Positions 15,055 through 28,885 of a stretch of DNA of 64,000 nucleotides are shown one piece after another (position 1 is the first letter of the stretch; every line of letters begins with the position of its first letter). The notes beneath the pieces were generated by a model. It ran no database searches. It saw only the letters and a list, made by a program, of their open reading frames with translations, and had not been told where the DNA came from. Source of the DNA: Eledone cirrhosa (lineage: Eukaryota); contig OZ024743.1 in NCBI GenBank assembly GCA_964016885.1, positions 72,912,001 through 72,976,000 of the forward strand, in the 5' to 3' direction. The position numbers were made by a program, and so were the translations under genes.

Positions 15055-15399
15055 TCAAATATCATTAAAAGCCAGGTGGTCGATAACAACTTCTATAAGA
15101 TTAGTTACATGCTCACACATTGGATCACCTCTCATCAATGGCATTGGGTGTCTGAGATAATCGTGGAGATAACTGATGAAGTCACAAATGAAGTGATGGT
15201 CTTCCCTATATCCATTGATATATGTGATGGCTTCCGATTCATAGGTGCATTTTATGAGGAATTCCATGCATCCGATTTTCAGTGATTCAATGGGCATATT
15301 ATCAGAGATGATAAGGTATTTGACCACGTTTTGCTTTGTAAGTAAATTGGAGAGAATCACTGCAGTCAAAGTCATTTCTTTGCATGGGATTTTATCCAT
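15055..15399 (-). CDS. Putative exon with BACK/SPOP-like helical motif
   Basis: LSNLLTKQNVVKYLIISDNMPIESLKIGCMEFL resembles the post-BTB (BACK) pattern, and a polypyrimidine-TTTAG acceptor sits just upstream. Judged by eye only. Confidence 0.35.
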   Translation of the reverse strand: MDKIPCKEMTLTAVILSNLLTKQNVVKYLIISDNMPIESLKIGCMEFLIKCTYESEAITYINGYREDHHFICDFISYLHDYLRHPMPLMRGDPMCEHVTNLIEVVIDHLAFNDI

Positions 15400-15672
15400 T
15401 CTAAAAAGTTAAAATGATAAAGTATTACTACTATATAACTTACATCTATTATTGTAACACCATTGAAATGCACAAGTTTCACCAATTCACTATTATGCAC
15501 TAATCATCTCAAATGCATTCATGATTTACTAGCTTTGTCATTAAGCCAGTTGCCTCAACTAGATTGCAATTATACTCAAAAGAACTTTAAAATGTCAATC
15601 ACTTGTCAGTAATTCACTATGATCATTTAATTATTAGATAGTTGTTGCTTGAATTGCCTTAAAAAATAGTAG

Positions 15673-16766
15673 ACCAGATAGAAAAATGCGTACAGCAAAA
15701 AAAAGTAATATTGTTGGAATATAAACCTTTAAAAATACAGGACAAGAAACTAAAATAAAACTTTAAAAGAATAGGACAAGAAACTAAGATAAAACTTTAA
15801 AAGAATAGGTCAAGAAACTAAGATAAAACTTTAAAGAATTGGACAAGAAATAAAAAAATTTACAATAATATTAGTGGCAACATTTTTTTATTCGTTTCCT
15901 GTGCTATGCCCCAGTATCTTCTTGATTAGTGCATAATAATTGTCATGCTCTCATTATGTGTTGCCCCTGAGCGGTTGGTTCTGGTTGGGGTTGGTTGGCT
16001 GAGCAGTTCTGCTCCGTCAGAATGACCATTGCAAGAAGAATTGGCCGATGCAGCTGCTGGTCTCCTCCAAGAATGCACTTCTGGTCCCGCAACACCAGAC
16101 GAAGATGGAGAAGACGACCGGGACAAGATGTCGACTCTGACCACCGACTACGGCACCTCCCTCAACCACCGGTCCTCCATCCCTCTGTCCCGTCATGCCT
16201 CCAGTCCTCCTGCTCCCCCTTCCTGTACCAGAAAGCTGTGGCACGCATTCATCTGGACTGCCCGACTTGAACTCAAGGACAAGATGCAAGGAGAATATGG
16301 ACGGGTTGGTCAAGATCAAGGAAGAGCGGGACGACAAGACCGTCCGCTGCTGGTCAAGATCTGTGGTCATGGGCCCATGGGTCCATTCACATTATGCATG
16401 ACACATGAGGCGTGCGCCGAATGATGAAATAGGGGTATGGTTATGGCCCAATTGGTGTTCAAACCAGGATCAAATGATCCCCCCGGTCTGACGATGACCT
16501 CTGAATGTGGAACCCAGAGCCTATGAATGTGGAACTCGATTTTTTACCAATAAAAATTTTGCCACTAATATTATTGTAATTTTTTTTATTTCTTGTCCAA
16601 TTCTTTAAAGTTTTATCTTAGTTTCTTGTCCTATTCTTTTAAAGTTTTATCTTAGTTTCTTGTCCTATTCTTTTAAAGTTTTATTTTAGTTTCTTGTCCT
16701 GTATTTTTAAAGGTTTATATTCCAACAATATTACTTTTTTTTGCTGTACGCATTTTTCTATCTGGT
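15673..16766. mobile_element. Foldback-type element: ~215-bp TIRs containing 34-bp tandem subrepeats around a GC-richer core
   Basis: 15673-15890 is inverted at 16551-16766 with near identity; subrepeat GGACAAGAAACTAAGATAAAACTTTAAAAGAATA. No TSD recognised. Confidence 0.75.
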
Positions 16767-17068
16767 TTATAGATTGTATACATACATATATTTATATAAT
16801 TTCATAACTAATATTTCACAATTTCACTATTTGTAGTAAACATATTACACAAAAACACAGATATAAACACACATACTCCACTTCCTCGTCCGTACATATA
16901 TACACACACACACACATATATATATATACGCATATATACATTCACATTACTTGTCTTTCTCCAATATTCCCTCTCTCTCACCCTTTCTCTCTCTCTCTCT
17001 TCTATCTCTCTGTCCCTCTCTCCACCCCCCTCTCTCTCTCTCTTTCTCTCTCTCGCCATCTCTCTCTA

Positions 17069-17119
<51 letters not shown>

Positions 17120-17253
17120 CAATGAGTCTCTTAGTACGCTTAAGGTTTGTTTGGAATTCGATTATTGTGTGATGTACGAGATATTTATTTTTTATCATAA
17201 ATGGATCAATATACAAATACTGGTATACAAGTACAGAAACACACACACACAAA

Positions 17254-17374
<121 letters not shown>

Positions 17375-17406
17375 TCACACATACATACATACACTTGTAC
17401 GTAGAA

Positions 17407-17501
<95 letters not shown>

Positions 17502-17521
17502 CGTGTATGTGTGGGCGTGCA

Positions 17522-17559
<38 letters not shown>

Positions 17560-18267
17560 AAAGATAACTTAATGATATATAGTAAGAAGAACTTCAAGTT
17601 TAATTTTGAAAAATATTTTCCCGTGAAGCTAATATGAACATGAATGCTCGTTCATTCTCTACACATTGTTTCCTATTATTATTATTTTTTTACTATTATT
17701 TTGAATCTTTTGTAGAGGAAATAGAAAACACACGTGAAATGGCAGTCGTAGATTAGTGAGTGGAATCAGATCTGTTGGTAAATAGTCTGAAGAAATCGAA
17801 CATGAATAATTCTTAACCCAAACCCTTTCAACAAAAATGTAAAAAAGTTTTTAAAAAAACTGTTAGAAACGTTTTGATAAATCAATGAAACTGTCTTTGT
17901 TGCAATGGACGTCGAATAAAACAACGCAAAAAGGAAAGCACAATAATACATCAAAATACAGGAAAGAAGCAAACCTAGCGCTATATATAAACAACTGAAA
18001 TACCAAAAATAGAAATCTGCTATTTCATGAGAAGATGTAAACATCTCCAATGTAAAGAAACTCATGAATATGCAAAAGAAATGAATGCATAGAGGGGAAT
18101 TTTTACATGGAGATTATTACATACATGCACAGAATAGAAATACAAAGTACGCTATTTTTATTGAAAATAACTCTAATGCGGAGATGTTGCAGGAGTTAAA
18201 TATATCGACAAAACATTCAGCATAGAAGTAGATTGAAGGTGCAAGACATATATATATATATATATAT

Positions 18268-19135
18268 ATTAATATGTGTAGAAGTAAACACAGTAAACCC
18301 GTGTCTAAAATTACGAGGGTAGAATACAACACAAATGTTATATATCATTCAACCTGAATCATATGGGATTTTACAAGATTTCTTACAAGATTTCTCATAC
18401 ATACCATATCAATAACCATTTCATCTCCTGGACAGACTAAAGATTTAATCTGTTTCGCCCTGAATGAATCGTGTTTGTAATAAGTAATCCGTAGGCATTT
18501 CGTCAGCAGGAGATAAGATTAAATGTTACATAACACCCATAACAATAAACTCACTATTAATATTAATATTAATATTATAATGCTCAGTATTTATACTTTG
18601 AGCTTGTTAATTGCAGGGTATCTATATGAGTTATTAACTCTATATTTTATTTGTATTTCGGCTCCTTATCTGTTGAGCTTATAAAAATGAGTGTAAATAG
18701 GCTTTTATTTCTAGCATCACAACTCGCATGGCATATGACTTTCAACGCACGAGGTGTAAGCTTTAGTGAATTTATTTTTATGGGTGTTATGTAACATTTA
18801 ATCTTATCTCCTGCCGACGAAATGCCTACGGATTACTTGTTACAAACACGATTCATTCAGGGCGAAACAGATGAAATCTTTAGTCTGTCCGGGAGATGAA
18901 AGGTTTATTGATATGGTATGTATGAGACATCTTGTAAGAAATCTAGTAAAATACCATATGATTCAGGTTGAATGATATATAACATTTGTGGTGTAATCTA
19001 CCCTCGTAATTTTAGACACGGATTTACTGTGCTTACTTCTACACATATTAATAATATAATGCTCAGTATTTATACTTTGAGCTTGTTAATTGCAGGGAAT
19101 CTATATGAGTTATTAACTCTATATTTTATTTGTAT
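18268..19135. mobile_element. Penelope-like/retrozyme-like element: inverted arm, 479-bp unit and repeated tail
   Basis: 18268-18540 is inverted at 18781-19050. The tail TGCTCAGTATTT... is directly repeated at 18581 and 19060. (TA)n on both sides. Confidence 0.8.
18423..18514 (-). ncRNA. Type I hammerhead ribozyme motif
   Basis: AUCUCCUG-CUGACGA-AAU-GCCU...GGGC-GAAA-CAGAUUAAAUCUUUAGUCUG-UC/CAGGAGAU: 8-bp stem I, long stem III, GUC triplet. The mirror copy at 18806-18897 has CCGACGA. Confidence 0.8.
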
Positions 19136-19143
19136 ATATATAT

Positions 19144-19427
<284 letters not shown>

Positions 19428-19644
19428 ACCGGGTCCCCGAGGGTTGACCTCCGGCAGTTTCAACATCTAGATCTGAACTAAGTTCGGATATAGCTGTTGA
19501 AACGGCCGGAGCTCAGCCGTCGGGGTCTCAGATTTTTTTCATAATACCCACTAAACTACCCCAAGTATCGAGTACTCTTGGGAGTAATGGTCTAACTGCT
19601 TTCTACCACCTACATTCTGATATACATAAATACGTATACATACG

Positions 19645-19700
<56 letters not shown>

Positions 19701-19728
19701 AACATATATATATATATATATATATATA

Positions 19729-19781
<53 letters not shown>

Positions 19782-19798
19782 TTGTGTATATATATATA

Positions 19799-19833
<35 letters not shown>

Positions 19834-19957
19834 TTGTGTATATATATATAAACATATATATATATATATATATACTTGTGTATAATGGTAGCTATGGTGC
19901 TTCCATAGGCGGTATGCCAAAATTAGCACTCAATATTCAGCAGAATAGAGTGTAGAT

Positions 19958-20095
19958 AGTATAAAGAAACAAAAAATCAGTGATGCATCTGGATTCAATT
20001 TATTGCGTGTTACAATTGTTTCGCTGGGGAAACAATTGTAACACGCAATAAATTGAGTCCAGATGTATCACTGATTTTTCGTTTTCTTTATACTA
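19958..20095. repeat. Hairpin element with apex immediately 5' of GAAA-CAATTG-TA (hammerhead 3' half)
   Basis: ~65-bp inverted arms flanked by (TA)n. Confidence 0.6.
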
Positions 20096-20214
20096 TATAT
20101 ATATAGTAATAATAATAAATGTGAAGACTAAAATCAAAGAGGGCTCGATAAGGATAAATATATATCAAATATATAAGAACCGTAGCGCAAATATTTATTA
20201 AAATAACAGATTAA

Positions 20215-20265
20215 AGTTTAAGCAAAGAATCGCTGCTTTAACCCTTAACGGGATCTTCTGAAACT
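20215..20265 (-). ncRNA. Degenerate hammerhead motif (second copy 32712-32762)
   Basis: AGUUU-CAGAAGA-UCCC...GGGU-UAAA-GCAG...UUGC-UU/AAACU. The other copy keeps GAAA but has AAGAAGA. Confidence 0.5.
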
Positions 20266-20497
20266 AACAAAGTCAATCTGTGAACGCATTTTAATAAATA
20301 TATATATAAATGTAATCTGAGTTTTTCGAATATTAATAATAACATTCGATTCAAGAGCAAGATTGAGGGGCTCATTCTGCTGATATGGCTTTAAGAATCA
20401 AGCTTGTTTGCATAATTGCGAACGAATCGAATGTTATTATAAATATTTTAAAAACACAGATTACATTTATTGTATTCAGCCCTGTTGAGTGAAAATT

Positions 20498-20530
<33 letters not shown>

Positions 20531-20531
20531 G

Positions 20532-20573
<42 letters not shown>

Positions 20574-20579
20574 GAGAGA

Positions 20580-20649
<70 letters not shown>

Positions 20650-20806
20650 GATGAAATCGAAAATGCAGCTGGAGTCTTATTTTTTAAAAAATATATTTAA
20701 TTATTTGGTTCCTTTACCGGTTTCGCAGTTCCTCTGCTTTTTAAAAGTAGAGTTGAGATGGAGGGTCTGTGGTTTTTCTCACACACACACACATGTACAT
20801 ATATAT

Positions 20807-21190
20807 TAATAAAAGGAATTCCAACTTTGTCTGATTTACTCGTTTTATTTACCATCCTTTAAAATTATAATGGTATTAGAATAAAATAGTATGGTAGAAT
20901 ATTAAATGTTAAGTGTTAATTGAACAAGTACTTTCATGCTTTCGCAATTTTCAGGTTCATACTCTGTGGTGACTGTCAAGTTTGCAATTTTCAACTGTGG
21001 AAAATTGCAAACTTGACAGTCACCACAGAATATGAATCTGAAATTTGCGAAAGCATGAAAGTAGTTGTTTAATTAACACTTAACATTTAATATTCTACCA
21101 TACTATTTCATTCTAATACCATTATAATTTTAAAGGATTGTAAATAAAACGAGTAAATCAGACAAAGCTGGAATTTCTTTTATTAATATA
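20807..21190. mobile_element. Near-perfect ~380-bp hairpin element with degenerate hammerhead (20921-20959, -)
   Basis: Arms invert about ~20997. Motif UGAAC-CUGAAAA-UUGCGAAAGCAU-GAAA-GUAC-UU/GUUCA, with G8 replaced by A. Confidence 0.75.
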
Positions 21191-21217
21191 ATATTCTATA
21201 CACAATCATACACACCC

Positions 21218-21275
<58 letters not shown>

Positions 21276-21544
21276 CATTTTAAAATCAAACGTTAAAATC
21301 AAATGTTTGATATAATCTGTATTGAATGTAAGAACACGTTTCAATACGGTATCATATTAAAACTTAACAAAAGTTTAAAATATAGATAAATATTGTATAT
21401 ATTTTCCCTTTATACGTATCCTTCAGAAATCATGAATATGTTTCACCAAAAATATCAGTGAAGTTAGATGATCGATCTGTATCGTCTCTAAAGGAAAATC
21501 GATCCATCGATATCATTAGATATATATGTATATATGTCATTCAC

Positions 21545-21597
<53 letters not shown>

Positions 21598-21599
<2 letters not shown>

Positions 21600-21794
21600 C
21601 GAAGGAGTTGTGGTAAGGAACAGATGGACCATAACACACCAGAGTACTCAATACTTAGGGTAGTAGAGTGGGTAATAGGAAAATGTATGACCCCGACAGC
21701 AGAGTTCAAGCCGTTTCGACGGCTATTTCTGGACTAAATTTAGTCCGGAAATAGCCGTTGAAACGGCTTGAGCTCTGCCGTCGGGGTCATACAT

Positions 21795-21800
<6 letters not shown>
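21598..21800 (-). mobile_element. Hairpin family A copy
   Basis: Same arms and tail as 8233-8424, different apex. Confidence 0.8.
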
Positions 21801-21836
<36 letters not shown>

Positions 21837-23107
21837 AGGAAGATAGAGAGAGATAATAAGAGAAAATGAAAGAGTGGCTAAAAACAAAGTGAAAGAAAGT
21901 TCCAGTGGATTACATTTAATATTAATGAGATGTGAAATATTTTACCAAGAAGACGGTCAAGATCAGTATTAAATTCTTTGTGATTTTTAATTGTGAATTC
22001 TTTCAAACTGACCAAAATAAACACGACGGGTGAAGACAGTGGTGAATAAGTAAATTGAATGAGGAAGTAGATCAGAGAGAATGAACACAACATATTTCTG
22101 TCACAAACAGTTCAAATGGCATCTCACATGAACGATAGCAATCGGTCTATGAGCTGTAGAACTTTTCAAATGTAACACAGGAACACACAGAGAGACAGAC
22201 ATATACACACACACACACACACACAAACACACGCGCGTGTGTGTGAAAGTATGTGATATCTGACCTCACCGAAAATTATTTCCAGAAATATTTCAACCCC
22301 CCCCGACTATCTATCTATAAATAATTTTTTTTTATCTATAATAATTTTTTTTCTTTCAACATTTGGGGGGAATATACACAAAGGAGTTTCTATATATAGA
22401 TGATTATTGACCCAGATCAAAGTTTAATAAACTCCTTGCTGTGGTGTTGTCTTAACAAATAATACTCAAGGGTAAATAAAGTGATTATAAGAAACATGAA
22501 ACAACATATAAACTTGTTCGACTTCACAAACATTTTGTAATCTGATTACTGCAAGCAAGGTGGCGGAATCGTATATAGATTTGGCTCGCTCTCATTATGT
22601 TTCGATTCCGCTGCTTGGCATCTTCACCAATTGTTATTTACCTTTCTTCAAGATAGCAGACTGAATATGCACTTGTGTTCTTTTTTCTCCCTCTTTTTGT
22701 TCCTCTTTCTTGGCGGTTCCTTCCTCTTATCATTCTTTTCTTTCTATTTATCTTCTATTTCTAGCCCTATCTTCTGATTGAAGCCTCTTCCTGCAATTTC
22801 AAGCGTTAAATTAACATATTTCTTCCAACTACTATGCCGTTTGTTTTCTTATTTCTATTTACTTTTTACATATTATTTACCATAAACTCGGCTAGATATA
22901 ACATCATATCATATTTTTTGCCTTATGGCAGCAGCAGGAGTGTAAGAGAAATTCAATTATTGGAATAATTCTTCATTACAGATATCTCTGTTCAACATGT
23001 CTACAACCAATAATAAACGTGTAAGCTAGTATCATTTTGAAAGCTATAAGTTATAAGGCAAAATCCCTAAAATAATATCTACACTGACTGATGAAATGAC
23101 AAGTCAG

Positions 23108-23410
23108 TCAATCGTATTGGTGGCCTCCCACAGCCCCGCCGGACAAAATGGAGAAGGCGTTTCCCCGGAGGACGGCAAGGGCGACGCGCTGGAAGTGCCA
23201 TTCCAGCTCGCGAGGCTCACACCTGCAGCTGGCCAGCTCGGCGCCTATGGTGGTGAGTAGGGAGGTAGCCCTAGGGCTGAGGACATCAGAAGTCTCCACT
23301 GCCAAGGGTACAACCGCAAACCTGTCGGAGGGCAACCGGTATTTGAAGAGTTTGGCCTCATCAGCCCGAAGTGCAGCAGAACCTGGGTTAGTCGCAGACG
23401 CACCCATACA
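23108..23410 (-). pseudogene. CRE-like (restriction-like endonuclease) LINE 3' fragment
   Basis: EAKLFKY...VPLAVETS...FQRVALAVLRGNA. Related GC-rich fragments lie at ~31100-31200 (+), 54540-54730 (-) and 55770-55980 (-). Confidence 0.65.
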
Positions 23411-24392
23411 GAATATATTGTAGAGCTGATTTATGAAATATTATAATCGTAAATCCTTGTTTCTGAAGTTTAGATGTAACATATAAATTTTAATGATGGA
23501 CGATCATTGACCTAAAAATGGTGCTGCAAATAATTTGGGAGATGTGTTAACTTATTTAACATCATACAATATTTGGATAATGATCAGAATTAGTTAGAAT
23601 GATGAAAGTGAGGACATCAAATAATATTTGGGAATATCAAGTCAATATAATCTCTGTATTGAAGTAGTTGGACTGATCTCGTTTCTCCTCTCGTATTTTC
23701 CTTCTTTTTTTCAGTAGTAATGCAATTTCCCAAATATTGCCTTTTTTCCAAGTAATCACATTTCTTCTGTTGAGTGATGTTATCAAGTTTGCATCTCACA
23801 TTCTTTTCTGTTTTTCTTCATTTTCTTCTTTACATTTGTTTACTTTTCAATGGTATTTCGTCATTTCTCCTCACAGACCTACATCGAAAGATTTTAGATA
23901 CTTCTGCTGCTATATCATTGTGTTTAATTTGACATTTTTATTTTTATATATATATTAACAAGAAAACATATTATCGGTCAGACACAAAGATAAATTTGCC
24001 ATCGGAACAATAGCAAATACTGGTAGAATGTTAAATATATATTCAGGATTTGCTAAAATCGATGTATCAATCATTCCAACTGTTATTTCAGACTTTTCTT
24101 GTTTTCTGACTGTTAACATATTCATTATGGTAGACTATGTATGTGTGTAGCTGCCCGCCACACATATTTTGGTCAAGAATTACCGTGGATTTACAACTAG
24201 AAATTTCCCCTCCGAGGCACAAGTCCGGGTAGAATTGTTTGTAGAAGAAGAAGAAGAAACAGAGGATCATTTAGGTAGGGGGGGAAATGTAGCCGATTTC
24301 ATTTCATCATTATTTACATTTTATTAACAACGGTTGTAAGAATTGCATACAATACAGAAGAGAATAAAACAACACAGGAAACAAACAATACA

Positions 24393-24483
<91 letters not shown>

Positions 24484-24487
<4 letters not shown>

Positions 24488-24744
24488 AACAAGTAGGACC
24501 CCGACGGCTGAGCTCAAGCCGTTTCGGCGGCTAATTGTGAACTAAATGAACATTTTTAGCCTGGTAAAAATTGTATGCAATTTTTACCAGGCTAAAAATG
24601 TTCATTTAATCCCGAATTAGCCGCCGAAATGGCTTGAGCTCAGCCGTCGGGGTCCTACTTGTTCCTATTACCCACTCTGCTACCATAAGTATTGAGTACT
24701 TTTGTGCGTTATGGTCCATCTGGTTCCTTACCACATTTCCTTCG

Positions 24745-24746
<2 letters not shown>
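24484..24746 (+). mobile_element. Hairpin family A copy (longest apex)
   Basis: Arms invert about ~24575, with an ~80-bp unpaired tail on the right, in (TA)n. Confidence 0.85.
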
Positions 24747-24788
<42 letters not shown>

Positions 24789-25299
24789 CCATTGATTTAA
24801 GACACCACGGTTTTAGTAATGAAAGACCAAGCTAAGCGAAATGATGTTACCAACTATTGGCCTAACACATGTCTGTCTTCATGTGGAAATTTATAACAAG
24901 CACTATGTCTGAAGAAAACCTATCACCACCTTGACCTAAATAATTTATAACCCGATGAACAGAACAGATGGTGAAAGAAGTCCCGTGGTACAAATTTACT
25001 TATTGACAAGATGATGATGAGAAACTGCAAAAGGAGGCATATAGATTTGGATAGTCTACAAGAAGGCATTCGAACATGCTTCCATATTATTGGATAATCA
25101 AGTGCATATAATCTTCGAGGTGGAGGACAACATGACACTTTTGTTACGAAGGAGAATATAATAGACTGGGGGATGTTCTAGAAAGAAGTAACAACGAAGA
25201 GGAAGACCAACCTGAATTAAAAATAACTTCATAACGTCTTCAAGAAAAAGACGGAATTCAGAGATCCGCAGACATGGGACTGGTTAACGAAATGGACCG

Positions 25300-25425
25300 T
25301 AAGAAATCTACAGAGGGAATGCTACTGGCTGCACAGGAGCACGCCCTTAGATCAAAGTGGCTGAAACATCATATTTACAAGGAGGAAGCTAGCCAGCTCT
25401 GTTGGACCTGTGAAGAGAGATAGAT

Positions 25426-25487
<62 letters not shown>

Positions 25488-26113
25488 CTGTGGTTCAAAT
25501 CGCATTCGTGTGTAAACACCCAGCCCGGACTGGTTATAAACGAAGGAGGCATGATATCAGGTAAAAGTGATCTACTGGAATGTATTCAAACTGAATGATT
25601 TACCACATTCTCAGAAGTGGTATGAGCATAAGCCAGATTCGGTGATAGAAAATGATCGAGTGAGGGTACTGTGGGATTTCAGGATACAAAGAGATAAATA
25701 ATTAGAATACAGCTGGGCTTGGCCTGGCTTGGTGATTGACAAGGAAAAAGGATCCTGCTTGATTATAAATGTAGCTTGCCCTTTTGACACAATAATGCAA
25801 GAAAAGGAGGAGAAAATTAACCGGTACCGAGATGTAAAATGGAAACTGAAAAGGATTTGGGACTGTCATGAGATCAATATCGTCCGCATCGTCGTACGAG
25901 CAATAGTTACTGACATTAAGAGTTTCCAAGGTTGGCTTAAGGCCATTATCCTTGCCCCTTCTTTGGAACACTTCAAAAGGCATGCCTAATGGGACCAGCA
26001 AGGATCCTCCGATACATCCAGAATACCAGAAGCTGAAGGTAGCGGCTTGCCCTTCATTTGGGTAAATAACATCAACGACTGAAATTTCACATTCATAATA
26101 ATAATAATAATAA
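25300..26113 (+). pseudogene. R4/Dong-like LINE 3' fragment ending in (TAA)n
   Basis: LLAAQEHAL, WYEHKPDSVIENDRVRVLWDFRIQ and CLIINVACPFD...EKINRY motifs of the RLE domain; (TAA)n tail. Confidence 0.75.
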
Positions 26114-26330
26114 TAGTTTCTGAATTAGGCTCAAGGCCAGCAATTTTGAGGAGGGGAAAGTCTATTAACGCCGGCCCAGTGTGTGAATGGTAATTTATCT
26201 TAAGGATCCCTTAAAGATGAATGGCAAAGCTAAGCTTGGCGTGATTTGAACTGAGAACGAAAAGGGCCATAACTACATGCATCAAAGCGTATTGTCCGAC
26301 CCTCTACAGATACTGCCAATCTACCGCCCT
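26114..26330 (-). mobile_element. Diverged SINE copy
   Basis: Reverse complement of the 6019 family. Confidence 0.7.
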
Positions 26331-26362
26331 TAATTATAAGAAAAGGATACAAATAATAATTA

Positions 26363-26562
26363 NNNNNNNNNNNNNNNNNNNNNNNNNNNNNNNNNNNNNN
26401 NNNNNNNNNNNNNNNNNNNNNNNNNNNNNNNNNNNNNNNNNNNNNNNNNNNNNNNNNNNNNNNNNNNNNNNNNNNNNNNNNNNNNNNNNNNNNNNNNNNN
26501 NNNNNNNNNNNNNNNNNNNNNNNNNNNNNNNNNNNNNNNNNNNNNNNNNNNNNNNNNNNNNN
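26363..26562. other. Assembly gap (200 N)
   Basis: Run of n. Confidence 1.
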
Positions 26563-28413
26563 AGTATTTTCTAATGTGGGAAGGTGTGTTGGCTAGATTT
26601 GTTGCTGGACCATTTGTTACTATAGGGGTAGACAGAGAACGCGAGAAAATAAAATAATACCAAAACCTGAAATACGAAGTATGTATGTTTGTTTTTGAGT
26701 ATGTGTGTGTGTGTGTGTGTGTGTGTTTGACATATTCAATAAGAGCATTATATGCTTATCCATATTTAAAACTTTGTTATAAAATGCATAAAGATTTTTC
26801 TCATAGTTAGTATGAGGGGAAACCATGAAGAAAATGAAAAGAAAATCATTCTTAAATTCGTGAGCAAATGGTATGAACATCATTCAAAAATACAATGAGC
26901 AGCATCATACAACAATATATTACTATGACATACAGGCAAATAGAATCTTTCGGATTGATAAATGACGTATAGTTCGTTTGGGTAAAAGGGAAGCAGAAAT
27001 CACTTATGGTATCTTTTATTTTCGTAATCACTGGTGAAATGTGAAAATATATCCGTACATGTCTAGTGTCCGCAAGACCAAAAGAGTTAATGTCTTGTTT
27101 GGCATGGCTTGATTCATTATGTTTTAATTCTTTTTCATACAAAAGGTTTTATATGATATATTGCTGTCCACCTTAGTGTTTAGGTAGTTTAGCTGTTATA
27201 TACGCTTTTCTGAGTAAGACACCGATCCATCATACATTGGTTTCGTCGTGAAAATCTGAACTCAAGCCCTCGATGTTTGAACCCAGCATTGTGCACAAAA
27301 AGCAACTATTATTCTGAATGTAATATATTTGTATCCAAGTAGGGCTATCGATACTTTTTCGATAACGGGATATTATTGTTATTAATTAGGACAGACTGAC
27401 ATTATCTTCATGAATCAGAAAGCAATAATTTGCTTATCGATCATTTTGTGTGCACCCAATTGTGCTAAACATATTTCTTTCGGATCCACTCCAACTCCCC
27501 GCTATTTCACCCCATTTGTAAACAGTTTCAGTTTTGTTACATTACCATGATCGCGGAAGGGTGATGAATGCGTCAGAAATTGGAACCACATCTAAGTATT
27601 ACAAGGCGTCGGATCTACGTCTGTCTGTCATAAGAGGTTAACTGTAGAAACCTAACATTTGATTTTGACAATTTTGTGGAGTTTTTCCATCGTCAAATAG
27701 CCCCTGGGTGGCAATTTCTTTGAAGGCCTATATTTTTGATATTTCAGATTCAGACATCAGTAGTTCTTGGCAATAGTTAACATGACTCCAATGGAAATCT
27801 TAGGCATCTTCCCGTTTTAACACTGGCATTTTCATTTTAGCAACCTGAAGACTTACCCCAGTGTTCCATCATATCAGAGGGAAAATATGTCCCTAAATTG
27901 ATAATTACGTATCATCTATACCTCCTCTCTCTGTCTTAACACATTAAAACTGCCTGAGAATTGCGGCCGCAGTAGAAATCCAAATGTATGTAACAAAATA
28001 CTGCAAAATACCGATGTTTAAGATGTAATTGCCGTCACTTTAGTTAATTCAATTCAATTTAAATGTTGCCTTGTTTTATAGGATAATATTATGAATATGT
28101 TAAATCTGAAATGAGGTCAGTAGGTAATATATGTTATAGTACACCAGTCTTATTGCAATATAAGTATCTTTTATATTTTCAGATTTGAATAATTTATTAT
28201 GAACTTCACTATCAAAAACTGTATATATTCACGGGGAAAATATTAAAGCCGATGATTTGTAATGTATAAAAACACTACTTTTTATACCGTGTAATGGAAT
28301 TGTTTTTTATTGTCTTCTACTACAATAAAAAATGACCTGTATAGCAATAAATAATTAAAAATATTGGTTTCAAAAGTTTCCTTCTAAATATATCTTAACT
28401 AGATTAATTGAAA

Positions 28414-28885
28414 CTAGCGGAAAAACCACCCTTCGGTTGGTTTTCTGCTAGCATGTTGTAGTGTGCATATTGATATTATACGCAAGTATATATACATGTA
28501 GATATGATACATCAAATGAAATCGTAATTGACAATATACACAGAAATTGAACGAAGACTGCGTTACATTGTCTTATTTGTAATCAGTAAAGTAATCCATG
28601 ATACATTGAAAAAAAAACCGATATTATATATAAACTGTATTAGGAGAAAATTAGAGACGGAAATATATGAATGTTTATTTAAGCGATCGCTAACCGGAAG
28701 TGTTGACATTTTAACATGTTAAATAAGGAATAAAATATATTTAATCAACAGCTACAAAATTTCTTAGATAAATCATGTAATATTCGTTCATTATTTATTC
28801 AAAGTAATGCAAATTATTTTACTAACTGGATCAAAAGAAATAAACCGTACGCAGTCCCGCACTCCTTATTTTATTATAGTTTAGA
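28414..28885 (-). mobile_element. Probable non-autonomous Helitron
   Basis: Minus strand starts A|TC and ends with hairpin AACCAACCGAAGGGTGGTT followed by CTAG|T. Confidence 0.5.

Noticed and set aside
15735-15850. 34-bp repeats (also 13915-14035) as a CRISPR array
   Set aside because: The repeats are contiguous with no unique spacers, there are no cas genes, and the context is eukaryotic.
21320-21435. Hammerhead on minus strand (CUGAAGA-UACG...CGUA-UU-GAAAC)
   Set aside because: Core and stem II are present but I could not form stem I, so it is not counted.
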